This document shows, one piece after another, positions 1-13,163 of a stretch of DNA of 64,000 nt. Source of the DNA: Blastocladiella emersonii ATCC 22665 (lineage: Eukaryota > Fungi > Blastocladiomycota); NCBI GenBank assembly GCA_025594325.1, contig JANHCV010000003.1:248001-312000 (forward strand), written 5' to 3'. The position numbers and the translations under genes are program-made. A model generated the notes under the pieces. It had not been told where the DNA came from, made no database searches, and saw only the letters and a list, made by a program, of their open reading frames with translations. Within the stretch, counting starts at the first letter, position 1. Each line of letters begins with the position of its first letter.

Positions 1-1
1 A

Positions 2-571
2 CCACCACACCATCACCACCACCACCACGCGCCGCCCCCGCCGCCCGGTCCGCCGACGACGCTGCACGAGTTCACGGCGCTCGCCTCGGCCTCCTCAACC
101 GCCTCGACCGCCGCGGCATCCAGCTCGGCGTCGAGCGCGGCGCGGAAAAAGTCCAAGCACCGCCGGCAGTCGCACATCCTAGCCGAGCAGCGGCGGCGCG
201 AGAACATCAACGCCGGGTTCGACGCGCTGCGCGTGGCGCTGCGCAGCGACGCGTCGCAGGCGTCGGTCCTGCACCTCGCCGCGCGCCGTATCAAGGTGCT
301 CGAGGACGCGCTGCTCGCCATCGCCGAGCAGCGGTGCGACGCGTGCGCGCCGTTCTTGCACGGGCTCAGCTTGCCGACCGAGAGCGAGCGCGAGGAGGCC
401 GCGACGACCATGGCCGCCGTCAATGCCGCGGTCGCCACGGTCGCGGCCGTCACGGCGGCAACCGAAGACGCGGGACCGTTCTTGCGCGCGCCGCACCGCG
501 CCGGCGGTGGCCAGCTCGAGGGGCTCCGGGATGATGTCGCGGAGCTCGGGAGCAATAGCTCCGTGGTCTGA
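2..571 (+). CDS. bHLH transcription factor, 5'-partial
   Basis: Frame open from the window start (poly-His/poly-Pro) reads KSKHRRQSHILAEQRRRENINAGFDALRVAL...SQASVLHLAARRIKVLE, a canonical basic-HLH signature (H..AEQRRR..IN..F..L). Stop at 569-571; a further downstream exon (to ~804) cannot be excluded. Confidence 0.8.
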   Translation, partial: PPHHHHHHHAPPPPPGPPTTLHEFTALASASSTASTAAASSSASSAARKKSKHRRQSHILAEQRRRENINAGFDALRVALRSDASQASVLHLAARRIKVLEDALLAIAEQRCDACAPFLHGLSLPTESEREEAATTMAAVNAAVATVAAVTAATEDAGPFLRAPHRAGGGQLEGLRDDVAELGSNSSVV

Positions 572-824
572 GTTGTTGGGTTGTGGGCCCGTTGTGGGCA
601 CGTCGTAGTCGTAGTAGAAGTATATATCCATCCATTTTGCCCTTAGCAACCTGTCTGTGTGTGTGTGCGACCGATCCGACGGGGGACGTGAATCCGAGGC
701 CCGCAGTGGTGGCGCAGCAGAGACGCGACGAGAAGCTGATGGACGCGCCGCGCCGCGCCATGTTCGAGAACGCGCCGCTTCTCGAACCCGTCGAGGAGGA
801 CTAGAACACTCACGCATGTATAGA

Positions 825-2217
825 TCACCGAAGCGACATCGGCTCGTCGTCATCGCCCGCATCCTCGTCGTCATCGCTGTCGCCAAACCCAACGAAATCG
901 GTGCTCCCGCCCAGGTCCTGGCCAAACTTCCACGCCACGTCGGCCGCGGGGGTTTCCGCGATGCTGTCGACAGCGGCGGCGGCGCGGTAGGTTGCCCGGC
1001 GCGTCTCTACATAGATCTAGGGAGTGAGTGGGGGTGATGGGGAGGAAGAGGGTGCGGGGAGGGCGTACCGCCGTGGAGGATGGCGGCGCGGCAGTAGGTC
1101 GAGATGCTGTGCTTGGCCGCGTCCTGGTTGGCGCCGAGCAGGCACGCGCTGGGTCGACGAACGGGTGAGCGACGGTCACGGATGAGCAAAGAGTGAGTAA
1201 AGCGTACAGGTTGACGACATCGAGCGGTCCGCGCGTCTCGAGGACCGACTTGGCGCCCGACGACAGGATCACGTTCTTGCCCTTGGACACGCGCAGCAGG
1301 TTGCTCGCGTTGGCGATCAGGTTGCGTTTCGCGGTGCTGTCTACACGCGCGTGAGCATACACGAGTCAATACACACGATCGAGCGGTTTCATACCATGAA
1401 AGTACCCTTGAAGGCGCCCGAGTAGCAAATCTCGAACACGATCCCACGGCGCACGGCCTCGCCGACGAGCGAGTGCTTAAAGTAAAAGGGCAGGCGCTGG
1501 GCGAGGTCGAGCGAGATGATGTCGCAGTCGACCTGCTGGCACGCGGCCATCCACGTCTTCTCGTTGGTCGGCGTGACCGCGAACAGGTCGTACTCTTGCA
1601 GGTGCGCGTTGGTCGAGTTCTGGACACGGGCGCGCAGGTCAGCGGACGGTTACTCGATCAGGATAGCAGACAACGAACCAGCGACGGAAGCTGCGACGGG
1701 TCGTCGAGCACGACCGTGAGCCGCTTGAGCTGGCGGATGGCTACGTTGCCGCGGCCCTGCGCGGTCATGACGAGGTGCGCATCGCCCGCCCACTCGGCGG
1801 GGTCCGCGAGCTGGATCGCCGACGCCAGGTTTGCGCCCAGCTTGCCGCGGACCGTCTGGTTGAAGGCCACGACGTGGTACCCGTCTACGCGGTTGGCCGA
1901 TCGATGGGATCAGCGCGATGGTCGATACCGGACGGCTCGGTTGGTTTGTCATGTGCCTCCCAGTCGAGACAACGGACGCGGTGCGACATGCATGTCTCCC
2001 ACGCGTGTGCGAGAGGTGACACAGGCGTGCACCATGCCGCGTCATTCCAGAAGGGCTCTCACTGGTCACACAAGCGCGGGAGGCAGCGCGGGAGAACGGG
2101 AGAGGGCGGGCGGGCCGTACGGGAGACAAGGTCTGCGGCGGCGCGGCGCGCGGCATCGATGGCCGCCTGCATGTTGACGGCCGACGTGGGCCACTGCACG
2201 TTCAAGTCGCACAGCAT
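825..2217 (-). CDS. RPP1: RNase P/MRP subunit p30, multi-exon
   Basis: Exons read MLCDLNVQW, GYHVVAFNQTV, IRQLKRLTVVLDD, YDLFAVTPTNEKTWMAACQQVDCDIISLDLAQRLPFYFK...AVRRGIVFEICYS and KGKNVILSSGAKSVLETRGPLDVVNL, all typical RPP30 motifs, separated by GT-AG introns; acidic C-terminal tail. Confidence 0.85.
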
Positions 2218-3220
2218 CGTGGCGGTGCGCCGAGTAGCGTTACGTTGCAGCAAGTGGTGGGCGTCCCGATTAATCTGGGAGGGAGGGAGACGGAGACAGG
2301 GCGGGACGAGCGAGAAGAGAGACACTCGTCAGGTGACCGTGCGTCAGGCCAGCGCGTGCACGTGAGGGCGGCGCGACGCGTTGCTGCGCGCGGCCGCGGT
2401 GATGACCCAGGGCGGGCGAGCGACCGACCGACCGGCGGGCCCACCGACCCACCGACCCGCCCGACCCGCCGAACGGGCGGTCTGCGAACGCGCGCCCACG
2501 GGCCGCCCTGCTCCCAACCTTGCCCCCCCCCTTCGCCCCGCCGCCCTCCCGCGCCCGCCCCGCGCCCTGCGCACCCGAGTTCCGGTATTCGCCGCGGCGG
2601 TCTCCGCTGAGCCCCTCCACCCGCGACGTCCGTGATGAGCCGCAGACACGCACGTCGTCCCGCACGTGCGGGTACGGTGGCATCTCCGCCACGCTGCGTG
2701 ATAGCCACCGTGCCCCCCCGCTGCGCATGCTTGCCGCCGCGCCCGCACCCGCGGGCCATTCGACGCCGTGCTGCGAAATCGAGGGAACACACACTGCGCT
2801 GCCTGCCGCCGCCACGGCCTCGCGAGCCCGATCTGCATCCTCCCCCTGCTGTGCCCTGCCATGTGATGCCAGCTGCTGCGAGCGCCGCCGCCCCGTCACC
2901 ACCACCACCGCCTCTCGCCGTCGCTCCCACCGCCGACCCGCCGGCTCGTCCCTGCCCTCGCGTGCCCCACCGCCATCTGCCCGCCCGCCCGCCTGCCTTC
3001 CTCGGCCGGCGCCGCACCGGGTAAAACCTGTCTCCCGACCGCCGTCCGCGGCCGTCCCCGATCGCCGTCGCCGCCCGCCGCCCTCGTGGCCGCCGTCCCT
3101 CTGACGCGCCCTGTCATTCACCGTCATCCCACGCCCCGCGCGCGCGCCCGCTCTCTCCCTCCCCTCAACCGCTGCCACCCACCCCCCACACATTAAGAGA
3201 CTCTAGACACGTCATCGCGG

Positions 3221-6200
3221 ATGCTTCCTCGCTCACTCCGCGCCTCGTCGACGACCGGCATCCCGCTCCTCCCGCTCTCCTCCGCGTCGCCCTCCTCCCC
3301 GCGCCCGCCTGATGCCGTCGCGCGGCCTTCCCATGCACCGCCCACCACCTACGCGCCCACGACCGCCGTGTCGCGCGCATCCGCCCCCACCGGCGTCGAC
3401 CCGATCCGCTCGCGGCACTCGGCGCGCCATCCCGCCGCCGCCGCCGCCGCCCGCGGCCCGCGCTCGCCGTCCGCCACGAGCCTCGGCACCATCTCGAGCG
3501 CGCGCGCCGCGTCGCCCGCCGCCACCTCGGCCTCGGTCGCGTCCCGCGCGTCGCGCACGTCGCGCGCGTCGCGATCAGATCTCGCATCACACTCGCCGCT
3601 GCTCGGCCCCGACCGCTCCCCGCCCTCCCCGCACCCGCCACCACCACCACCACGGCTGCCCGCCGCCGCGCGCGACACCGCCCCGTCGCCGCTCCAGCGC
3701 CGCGCATGGTTCATGCCGCACGGCACCTCGGGCCGCGCCGCCGGTATCCCGATCCGCACCCTCTCGCACGACACGGCTACGGCTGGCCGCGACCGCGAGC
3801 GCGTCCCACTCTTCACGCACCTCAACCTCGCGTACCCGGCGGGCGCCGGCGGCGACGACCGCGGGGGTGGACACGGCCGCGGTGGCGACGGCGCGCCCGA
3901 GAGCCACGCGCGCAGCCGCACCGACTCGGCGTCGTGGACCGGTCCCGCCGGTGCCGGCGGCGGCGGGCCGGGCGGCCGCGACCGCGACCGGTTCGACCTC
4001 AAGAGCTTTGCCGAGTCGCGCCTGTACCGCGTGTGGCGGCACCGGCGCGGGATCGTGTCGTTCTTTGTCGCGCTGCTCCTGCTCGCCGTCGGCGTGGCCA
4101 TCGGTATCGTGCTCTTCTACTGGTTCCGCGGCGTCGAGCGGTCGTACGCCCGGTCCGAGGTCCGCCGCCGGTGCGGCTCGCTCGCGGACTCGCTCAAGCT
4201 CGAGTTTAATACCAACCTCAACACCTTTGTACGCCTCGCTCATTGTGTGTGCTGGTTGGTCGTCGGCTGACACGCGCGTTCCCCGCGTGTAGATTGTCGA
4301 CTACGCCGGGTTCATGGGCACGTCGGGCAGTATCAACAACCGTACGCTCTCTGCTGCATCGCCCGGCCTCGCTCGCTCACCACGCCGCCTTCCCTCCGTT
4401 CGAACCAGGCACCCTCATCTCGTTTGCCGAGAACGCGGCCAACCAGTCGGACCGCCTGTTCGGCGTCATGCTCGCCCCGCTGCTCTCGGGCACCAAGTTC
4501 GACCTGTACAGCACCCGCTACAACTTCACCATCGTGCGGCCCGTGCAGTCCCAGTTCCTGCTCATCTCGTTCCCCATCACGCTGCGCTTCGCGTACGTCT
4601 GTTTTGGCAATGCTCGTCGCGGCATCTCGCTCACCGCCGCGAACCTCGTAGCATGGTCCCGATGAGCAGGACGCCCTTCATCTACCCGATCGGCTACGAC
4701 CTGCAGGTCCCCATCGAGTTCTCGGCGGCGATCCGCACCGCGTTCGCGACGGGCCGCCCGGCGCTCGCCCTGGGCGCGTCCAACGTGTCGTACGTGCCGC
4801 CGCCGCGCGAGCGCATCTACGTGTTTGCGCGCATCGAGGACGCGCCCGACCCGCAGTTCTCGTCGTGGATCATGACGGCCATTGTCGACTCGGCCGCGAT
4901 CCTGGCCGCCAACTTTGACCCGGGCGCCGTCAACGGGCTCGCCATCGAGCTCGTCGACCAGTCGTCGGACGCGGTCATCCACGCGGTCCCGAGCGACGAG
5001 GCCATTGCCAGCGACATGGTGCACGTCAGCGTCGACATCGTCGACCGCGTGTGGCTGCTGTCGTGCACCAGCACGCAGTCGCTGCGGCGGTCGTTTGCGA
5101 CGCCGTGGCCGTTCGTTCTCCTGTTCATCGTGATCGCCCTATTCCTGATCCTCGCCGAGATCCTGCGCCGCGGCCTCCTGCGGTTCCTCGCGGCGCGCGC
5201 CGTCGCGCACCGCGTCGAGCAGCAGGCCGAGCTCGTCACGGCGATCCGCACCTACTCGACGGGCATCCTGCGCGCCGTCCGCGACCCGCTGCTCGTCCTC
5301 GACGGGCTCGGGTACATCATCGGGCTCAACCAGGACGCTATCGAGAAGCTCGGGCTCACGGGCGACTTCGCGCAGGCCCACGTCTCGGACCTGATCCCGT
5401 CGTCCAACGCGCTCACGACGCTGGCCCCCGGGACCTACGAGGTCGGCCAGCTCGGCGCGGGCTCGGGCCGCGCCTTCTTCGCGGAAGCCACCGTGTCCGA
5501 GGTCGCCAGCCACAAGCGCGGCGAGCTCGCGCAGGTGCTGCTGCTGCACGACGTGACGGACCGCATCCACATGCTGCAGTCGATCCAGGTCGCCGAGCAG
5601 GCGGCCAACCGCGCCAGCGCGTCCAAGACGCAGCTGCTGTATTTCGTGTGCCACGAGATGCGCAACCCGATGTACGTCATCGAGACGCTCGTCGAGTCGG
5701 TCCAGGCGCTGCTCCCCGTCCGCGAGACGCGCGGGCTCGCGCGCGTCCAGCGCGCCGTCCACTACGTGTCGGACCTGCTCGGCAACCTCGTGGACCTCAT
5801 GGCCGACGACCCGCTCGCGTGCACCGACCGCCGGTGCGGGCTCGCGGTCCCCATCCGCGCGATCCTCGACGATGCCGTGCGCCCGTGCCGCGACCGACTC
5901 GCCGCCCGCGCGATCGCCGTCCAGCTCTGGGTCGTCCCCGATAGCCAAGGCGCGCTCGTCGACTTTGACCACTGCATCTGCCTCCTCCGCCGCGTCGTCG
6001 CCAAGGCCACGTTCATCGCCATCCACTCGTCGTGCGCCCACGCCACCGTCGACCTCGAGCTCGCCTACTCACCCGCCACGCGCGCCGTCTGGTTCCACTC
6101 CCGCGGACCCGTCTGCACGCCGTACACTCGCCTCGAACTGTTCGGCCAGGGCCCGCAGGAGGTCCCCGAGCCCAGCCACCCCGAGGGGTCGCCGTGCCCG

Positions 6201-8235
6201 TCATCGTCGCCCGCGGTCTCGGACCACGGCGGCGGTGGCGGACCCGCGCCGCGCGACCCGCAGCGCAGCCTCGACAAGCTGCACGGCAGCGTGCTGAGCC
6301 TCGGACTCACGGTCGTCGACGCCCTGCTGCGGCCCATCGGCGGCACCGTCGCGCAGTTCCAGCACCCGAAGCGTGGCGGGCTGGATATCAGCCTCCAGCT
6401 CCCGTACCTTCCGCCGCGCAGCGACGCGCCGCCCGTGACCGAGCCGCCCGACGGCAGGCCGACCATCGACCCGACCAACGCAGCGGACCGCGCCCGCGCG
6501 GGCGACCTCGTTTCGCCCGCACCCGGCGAGACCGCCGACGGCGCCGTGGCCGCGGCCGCCGAGGGCGACGCGTTCGACGAGGAGATCTCGCTCCCGCCGC
6601 TGTCGCGCGGCACCTCGGCGTACCCCGAGTACGCGGGCGCCAGCCGCAACGCCACGCACGACCTGACTCACGCCATTGTCGAGATCTACGACCACGGCGT
6701 CGAGTGCCCGCTGCAGACCGCGGTCCCCGTGCCGCTCGCCGGGCTCGTGCCGAGACCATCGGGGTCGGTGGCTGCCGAGTCGACGGCGCGACGAGCTACG
6801 CCGGCGCCGCCAGAACCCGTCGTGCATCCGCCAGAACCGCCACGAACGCCGCCGCACCACGGGCTGCCGAACGGCGTCGCGGTCGCGGTCGCCGTCGAGG
6901 ACGATGAAGACGACGTCCGCCTCCTCTCCGCACCACCCTCGCCCGCCCGCTCGGTCCCCATCGTCGACGACGTCCTCGAGCGCGCCCTGCGCACCGCGCT
7001 GCCGCCGTCCATCGCCTCCTCGTCCTCGCGCGCCGCCAGCTTCGCGTCCGCTGTCACGTCGCAGGTTCCGCTCGCCGCGTCGGTCCCGCTGCCGCCGTCC
7101 CCGCTTGCCCGGCGTGCTACGGCGAGTCCCGCCGCAGTGGCGCGGCCGCCGTCGGTGCAGCTCGGACCAGCGACGCCGGGACGGTCGCCGCTCGGCGGGG
7201 GCGAGCCGGTGGTTCCTGAGCCCGCGGTCGTCGCGGCCAAGCCCGAGCCGGCAGGCTCGCCACCGAGTGCAGCGGTCCCCCGACCACCGTCGTTGCCCAC
7301 CACGCCGTCGCGACCAGCAGGACCAGCTGGACCTGCGCTCGGGACGCCCGGGCGGCGACCACCGCCAGCACCCGCCGACCCCGCCGCACCGATCCCTGGT
7401 ACGCCGCCAGCACCCGGCTCGAATGCGACCACGCCGTCGGGGATCGACTCGGCCGTGGCCGCGTCGTCTGCTGCGGCTTCCGCGGCCACGACGCCCGCGC
7501 GACCGTCGGTGCCCGCGTCGCAGTCCGTGTCGACCACGGCCTCGGTGACTACGACACCCGCTCGGCCATCGGCAACAAGCTCGGTCACCGCGTCGGCGAC
7601 TGCGTCGGCGAGTACCACGCCCGTTCGACTACCAGTACCCGTCGCCGCTACTGCGCCTGCGCCCGCTTCGGCGGCCACTGCATCTGCAACTACCCCGCTG
7701 GGCATTACGCCGTCTCGCACGTACACCACCGCCGAGCCCGCTGCGCCTGCGCCACCACCACCACTACCAGAAGAACCTGCCGCGCCCAAGAAGCGCGTGC
7801 TGGTGGTCGAGGACAACGCGCTGGTGCAGCGGGTGACGCGCAAGCTGGTCGAGGGGCTCGGGTTCGAGGCCGAGTCGGCCATGGACGGGGTGCAGGGCGT
7901 GGCCAAGGTCGCGGGGCCCGGCGCCGCGGCCGCCGCGGGGTTCGACCTGGTGCTCATGGACCTGGTGATGCCGAACATGGGGTACGCTCTCGCGACGTGG
8001 ACAGGGTGGGGCATGAGCTGACTTCATTTCGACGGCGTGTAGCGGGCACGAAGCCATGGCGGCGATCCGCGCGGCGGGGTTCGGGCAGGACTCGCTGCCG
8101 ATCGTGGCGGTGACGGCCAACGCGCTGCCCGAGGAGCGCGAGCGGTGCCTCGAGGCCGGGTTCAACGTGTTCCTGACCAAGCCGCTCAAGAAGGAGGTGC
8201 TGCGCGAGGTGTGTGTGTCGCTCGGGCTGTTGTAG
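3221..8235 (+). CDS. Hybrid histidine kinase: TM-CHASE-TM-PAS-HisKA-(degenerate HATPase)-receiver, multi-exon
   Basis: TM1 GIVSFFVALLLLAVGVAIGIVLFYWF; CHASE-like PFIYPIGYDL...IRTAFATGRPAL; TM2 WPFVLLFIVIALFLILAEIL; PAS ILRAVRDPLLVLDGLGYIIGLNQDA; H-box KTQLLYFVCHEMRNP; receiver RVLVVEDNALVQRV...FDLVLMDLVMP, then after an intron near 7982-8042 LPIVAVTANALPEERERCLEAGFNVFLTKP. Confidence 0.85.
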
Positions 8236-8620
8236 CTACTGAGTTGGGTTGGGTTGGGTTGGGTGTGATTTCTCATTGGTGACGAAGCAAATGTATCTGT
8301 GGGTGTCAGTTTTGCGTAAACGTTTGATCGGTCTGTTGTGGTGGTACGAGGGGAAGATGGGTTAGGGTATAGCGGTAGCGGTGGCCATGGTCACGATGGC
8401 CACGGCCATGGCCGCGGTCGCAGAGGGCAGGTCAAGAAGCAGCAATTCAAGGCAACAGGGAGCGATCGTTGTTGGAGCGCACGCGGCGCGAGGCCGAGCC
8501 GGGAGGGCGCGGCAGTCTAGTGGCGGGGAAGAGGATCGGGAGCAAAAACGCAAAGGTGGAGCAAGGAAGCGAAGGGAGGGGAAAAACCGTGAGCACGGCG
8601 GGGAGACAAAGCAGAAACAC

Positions 8621-10910
8621 TCAGGCGCGGGACGTCGCGGCCGCAGCAGCAGCCGCCCACGGCTCGCCAGCGGCGTCGACGAGCGTGTACATGGGCAGCA
8701 TGTGGTGGAGCACGTCGAGGTGGCACACCTCGCACAGCGTGAGATGCACCGCGACGTCCGCGAGCACCAGCCCGGCGTCGCACAGCTGGTCGGCCGTGAG
8801 CCAGAGCCGCGACGCGCGTGCGAGCGGGACGATCTGCATCCCCAAGCACCGCGCGCGGTGGCCGAACACGGGGACGCCGGCGCGCGCGTACACGGGCTGC
8901 GGGTCGGTGACGACGCACGCGGCGTAGTCGATCTGCTGGTCGGGCGTCAGGTTGGCGAGGTCGACCTGGGCGCGCTTGCACAGCGTGCACACGGCGTGGG
9001 CGAGCGGCGACGGGTGCGTGACGAGCGGCAGGGCGAGGTGCGGCGCCGGGCGCGTGCGCGGCGTCGACGACAGGACGCGCGTCGTCCACACGAGGTGGTG
9101 CGCGGCGCCCGAGGGCCCGGCCAGGCGGCAGAGTGTTGTCTGCATGTGCCGCTCGACGCGCGGCGTGTCCGAGTACCACTGGTACGCGAGCCGCGACTTG
9201 GGGCCTACACGGTTTCGGGGGGAAGAGATCACGCAGAGGAGGAGAGGAGAGCAGACACACACACAGCGAACGGTGGGTGGTGAGCCCAGCTCTCTCGCGC
9301 AGGGCGGGGATCGCAGGGGAGCGCGTACCGGCGACAAAGATGCGCAGCATGTGGCGGAATAGGCGCCGCATGTCGGGCGCGGTGATGAAGCTGAGCACGT
9401 CGCGGCCGAGCACCATCGGGTGCAGCACGAACGGCGACGCCGCGTCGAGGAACGGGTGCACGAGCGCGTTCTCGACGGCGTGGTCCCATCCACGACCGCC
9501 GCCCGCGCCGCCGGGCGAGTCGCCCTCGACGCTCACCACGGTCCCGTCGCACGACGTCACAAACGTCACCTCGTCCAGCTCGTCCAGCACCGCGCCCTTG
9601 GCCAGCAGCTCGCCCGCCGTCGCGCACGCCGTCACGTGGCCGCCGTGCAGCCCGAGGCCCGGCGGCGTGCGCGCCACGACCGCGGCAGCCGGCCCGCCCC
9701 CGTAGTCGTGCACCGCGATCGCGCGCGGGAGCGGTAGCGCGAGCGCCGGGCCCAGGTTGGGCGGCGGTGGGAGGCGCAGCGGCATCGGGAGCGGCGGGGC
9801 CAGCGCCGCCGCGGTCGCCGTGGTCGGTTCGGCGGCCAGGTTGATGCCGTGGCTCAGGGCGAGCGAGACGGCGTCGACGGTGGTGGTGCGCAGCGACCCG
9901 GAAGCCGAGGCCGAGGTCGGGGTGCGGATCGCGCCCAGGTTGACGAGCGGGAACGGGTCGAGCGCGGCCGGGTCGGTCGCAGCGGCGGTGGGGCCCGAAC
10001 GCGGCGCGGGATCGACGTCCATGCGGTGGTGGTGGTGCGGGTACCCGTTCGCGTGGTGGTGTCCGTTCGGCTGCGCGTAGGCCGGGTACGCGTGGTGGTG
10101 GCCGTGGGCATGGGCAGCGGCCGATGTCGCGAAGGCGGGCGGGGGCGGCGGGGGCGGATCGGCGGCGGCCGAGGCCGAGGTGGCGGCGCGCGCGGAGCTG
10201 GGCGCGGTGGACGATGCAGCAAGATGCATGGTTGCAGAGGGCGAGGAGGACGAAGAGGTGCGGTGATTCGGCGGGGTGAGGGATGAAGGCGAGACCGATG
10301 GCGGCGCGACCGAGGTTGCGCCCGGTTGTGAGGCGGTGGCCGAGCGCGGCGGTGCGGCGGTGATGGGGGTGGCGGCGCGGACCGAAACGGGCGCCGCCCG
10401 CGATCGCGCCCACCCGTGCCACGGCCCGATCCCGGGCGCAACGTTTGTTCCGCCCGCGCCGGACGCGTGGTCGTGGTCGTGGTCGCGGTCGCGCACCACT
10501 TGCTGGAACTCGCCCTCGGCCGTCGCCGCTGCGGGTCCACCGTGCTCGAAGCTCAGGGCCGGCGGCGCTGCGACGAGGTTGTGCTGCTGGTGGGCCGGGA
10601 GCGCCGACGGGGACACGGACGCGGCGGGCAGCCCGATGGCCGCGGCGAGACACGACGACGCGAGCGGGACGGGCTCGGCTGCGCCGGACACGGCCCCGCC
10701 CGGCAGCGCCCACAGCAGAGGAGGTGCCTCGTCGCCGCTAACGCCGTCGAGCGACAGGTACACGGCCATGTCCTCGAGCGCCGCCGCCGCGGGCAGCGCG
10801 TACGGATGATGCGCGGGCGGCGGCGGGGCGGGCGGCGGCGGGAGCGGGCCGCAGGTGCTCGGCCAGTGGGCGGTGGCCGCCGTGGTGGGAAGCAGCGTAT
10901 CGAAGCGCAT
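8621..10910 (-). CDS. Uncharacterised protein: low-complexity N-terminus, PAS-like fold and Cys/His putative Zn-binding C-terminus (intron 9205-9328)
   Basis: ORFs 8517-10910 and 8621-9493 join in frame across a GTACGC...TGTAG intron (VAG|PKSRL). The C-terminal half has LDELDEVTFVTSCDGTVV...VLGRDVLSFIT, YQWYSDTPRVERHMQTTL, CTLCKR and HLTLCEVC. Confidence 0.6.
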
Positions 10911-11623
10911 GGCGGGCCGGTGAGTGTGTGTGGACAGGCAGGGACGATGGCGATCAGCGACGGCAACGTTGCGACGAGCGGAGCCCGGACGGATCTCCGA
11001 TAAGCTGCCTCCTTATATAGCAGCGCCCCCGGTCCTCGCCACGCGGCGCGCCGCTGCGTGTCCGTGGCCATCGGGCCGGCACGGCGCGCGGGTGTGGGTG
11101 TGCGCGACTCGGGTGTCCGCAGACGTCTCCCGCGTGCGAGTGCGTCTCCGTGAGGTGTCCTCTCCCCCTGAACGGGAGAATTCGGCGCGAGACAGGAAGA
11201 AACACGACCACGCACACCCGTTCTTGTTCACCGCACACCCGCCCATGCTTGGCACGCGTGGGAATTGGCAGGGCGAGGGCTAGGGTCGTGGGAATCGTGT
11301 CCTCACGGCGCCCGTCGCCCTGCTTGCGGTTGGCCGCGAGCACGCACGCACCGCTCCCGCCCGCGGGAGACGCTCGCTCGCTCGCTCGCGTCCTCGCACT
11401 CAAGGGAGAGACGCAGCAGCTCCCGCTTCCGCGCTTGGCACGAGCGCGCGAGAGCATGAGGGACGCGTTTTCGTGCACCGTTCGCGTGAGGTTGGGTGCC
11501 GGTTGCTCGCGCCGCGCCCATCCGAGTCGCGCGGTGATCACTGCTCTGATCGGGACGCGGACACGCAGACGCAGACATGAGCTAGCTATGCAGTAGATTT
11601 CATTTTCACCCCACCGGCACTCC

Positions 11624-12880
11624 TCAATGATGATCCGCAACGTGCAGCTTGACGCTGGCCGCCGCCCCAAAGAACTTGGCGAACAGCGCCTTGTAGACGA
11701 ACAGCGACGTGCCCATCACTGTCAGCTTGGCCCGCACCGCCGCGTGGTCGCGCATGATCTCGCTGCTCTCCACCTTGGTAATCGCCGTCCGCCCAAACGC
11801 GTGGTTGACGATCACCAGGTACGGCTCGGCGCCGTCTTCCGCGCCCACGACGCGCACCAGGCCCTTGACGCGGTACACCGTGTCCTTGCTCAGCTTGCCC
11901 AAAAACTCGTCCCACGCCGCGAGCGGGACCGCGTTGGTGCCGTCGAAGCTGTCGTCCTCGATCGTCAGCAGGTCCACCTCGTTCTTCATGTGGTCGATCC
12001 CGCCGTGCGCGTCGTCGGCCTGCCCGCCGACTTTGATCTCGCCGAGCCGCGACCCGGTGGGCAGCGTCGAAAACAGCTGCGTGTCGAGTCCGAACAGCAG
12101 GTCGAGGTCCAGGTCCGACGCGTACTTGACCTTGGGCGTGTCCTCGTTGAGCTCGTACACGTGGTCCAGGACCAGGTCCAGCTCGCGCTCCGTCACCAGC
12201 TCGTGCTTGTTGAGCAGAATCAGGTCCGTGTATTGCGCCTGCATCTTGGCCGTGTACGACGTGTCTGCGCGGTCTCAGTCAGCCGTCGTGGCACGGACAG
12301 GAGAACGCATGCACACACGCACCCTCGTAGCCGCGGAAGTTGACCGCGTCAATCACCGTGACGATCGAGTCGAGGTGAAAGTCGGGCTCGATCTGCCGGA
12401 TCTGCCACGCGATGGGCGCCGGGAACGCGCTGCCGCTGCTCTCGATGATGATGCGGTCCGGGTTGTACGCCTCTACACCGTGTACAGACGTCAGCCCGGT
12501 CCGGCTGAAGTGGCCGCGATAGCGCGCCGTACCCTTGATCTCCTGCAGCGCATTCTTCATCTGGCCCACGAGCACGCAGCACAGGCACCCGTTGAGCATC
12601 TCGGTCACCTTAATCGAGCTCTCGCTTGCCAGCAGCGAGTCCACCTTGACGTCGCCAAACTCGTTCTTGAGCAGCGCCACCTTGTAGCCCGGCACCGCCT
12701 GGCCGAGCCGCTTGATCAGGTCGAAGATGATGGTCGTCTTGCCCGCGCCTACCGCATGGTGGGGGCGTCAGCCGGCGGGTGTGCGAGCGGGGCGAAGAGT
12801 GCTGCCCTACCGAGGTAGCCCGTGAACACGGTGACCTGGATCCCGGTCTGGGCCTTGCTCGCAGATGCGGTTTCTTCCAT
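11624..12880 (-). CDS. COG0523/CobW (G3E family) P-loop GTPase, putative Zn metallochaperone, multi-exon
   Basis: Spliced Walker A VTVFTGYLG|AGKTT, NEFG, EMLNGCLCC (CxCC metal motif), IIIESSG, and TDLILLNKHEL; C-terminal YRVKG CobW_C-like motif. Confidence 0.9.
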
Positions 12881-13163
12881 TTGCTATGCGTTTGCGTGTG
12901 TGCGAAGCGGTTGACGAGAAGGGGAGAGTCGTCCGCGGCGGTGGCTGTTTGGCTCGAGCTGCAGGACCGACGACGCGACGGAGAGCTCAGCCTCGCGCCT
13001 GCCACGCCCATCGCGTGCACGTTCCAACACATCCCACTTTTCTCTCTGCCTCTGCGACGCAGCCGGCCGCCGCCACGGGCGATCGTAAGTGACCTTCACA
13101 CCTCGCCAAACCCCAGGACGAGCTCGACCAGCTGCCGCGTCTCACTGCAACGGAATCAACACC

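Noticed and set aside
8243-8263. (TTGGG)x4 as a telomeric repeat
   Set aside because: Only four units, internal, in the 3' region of the kinase gene; a simple microsatellite.
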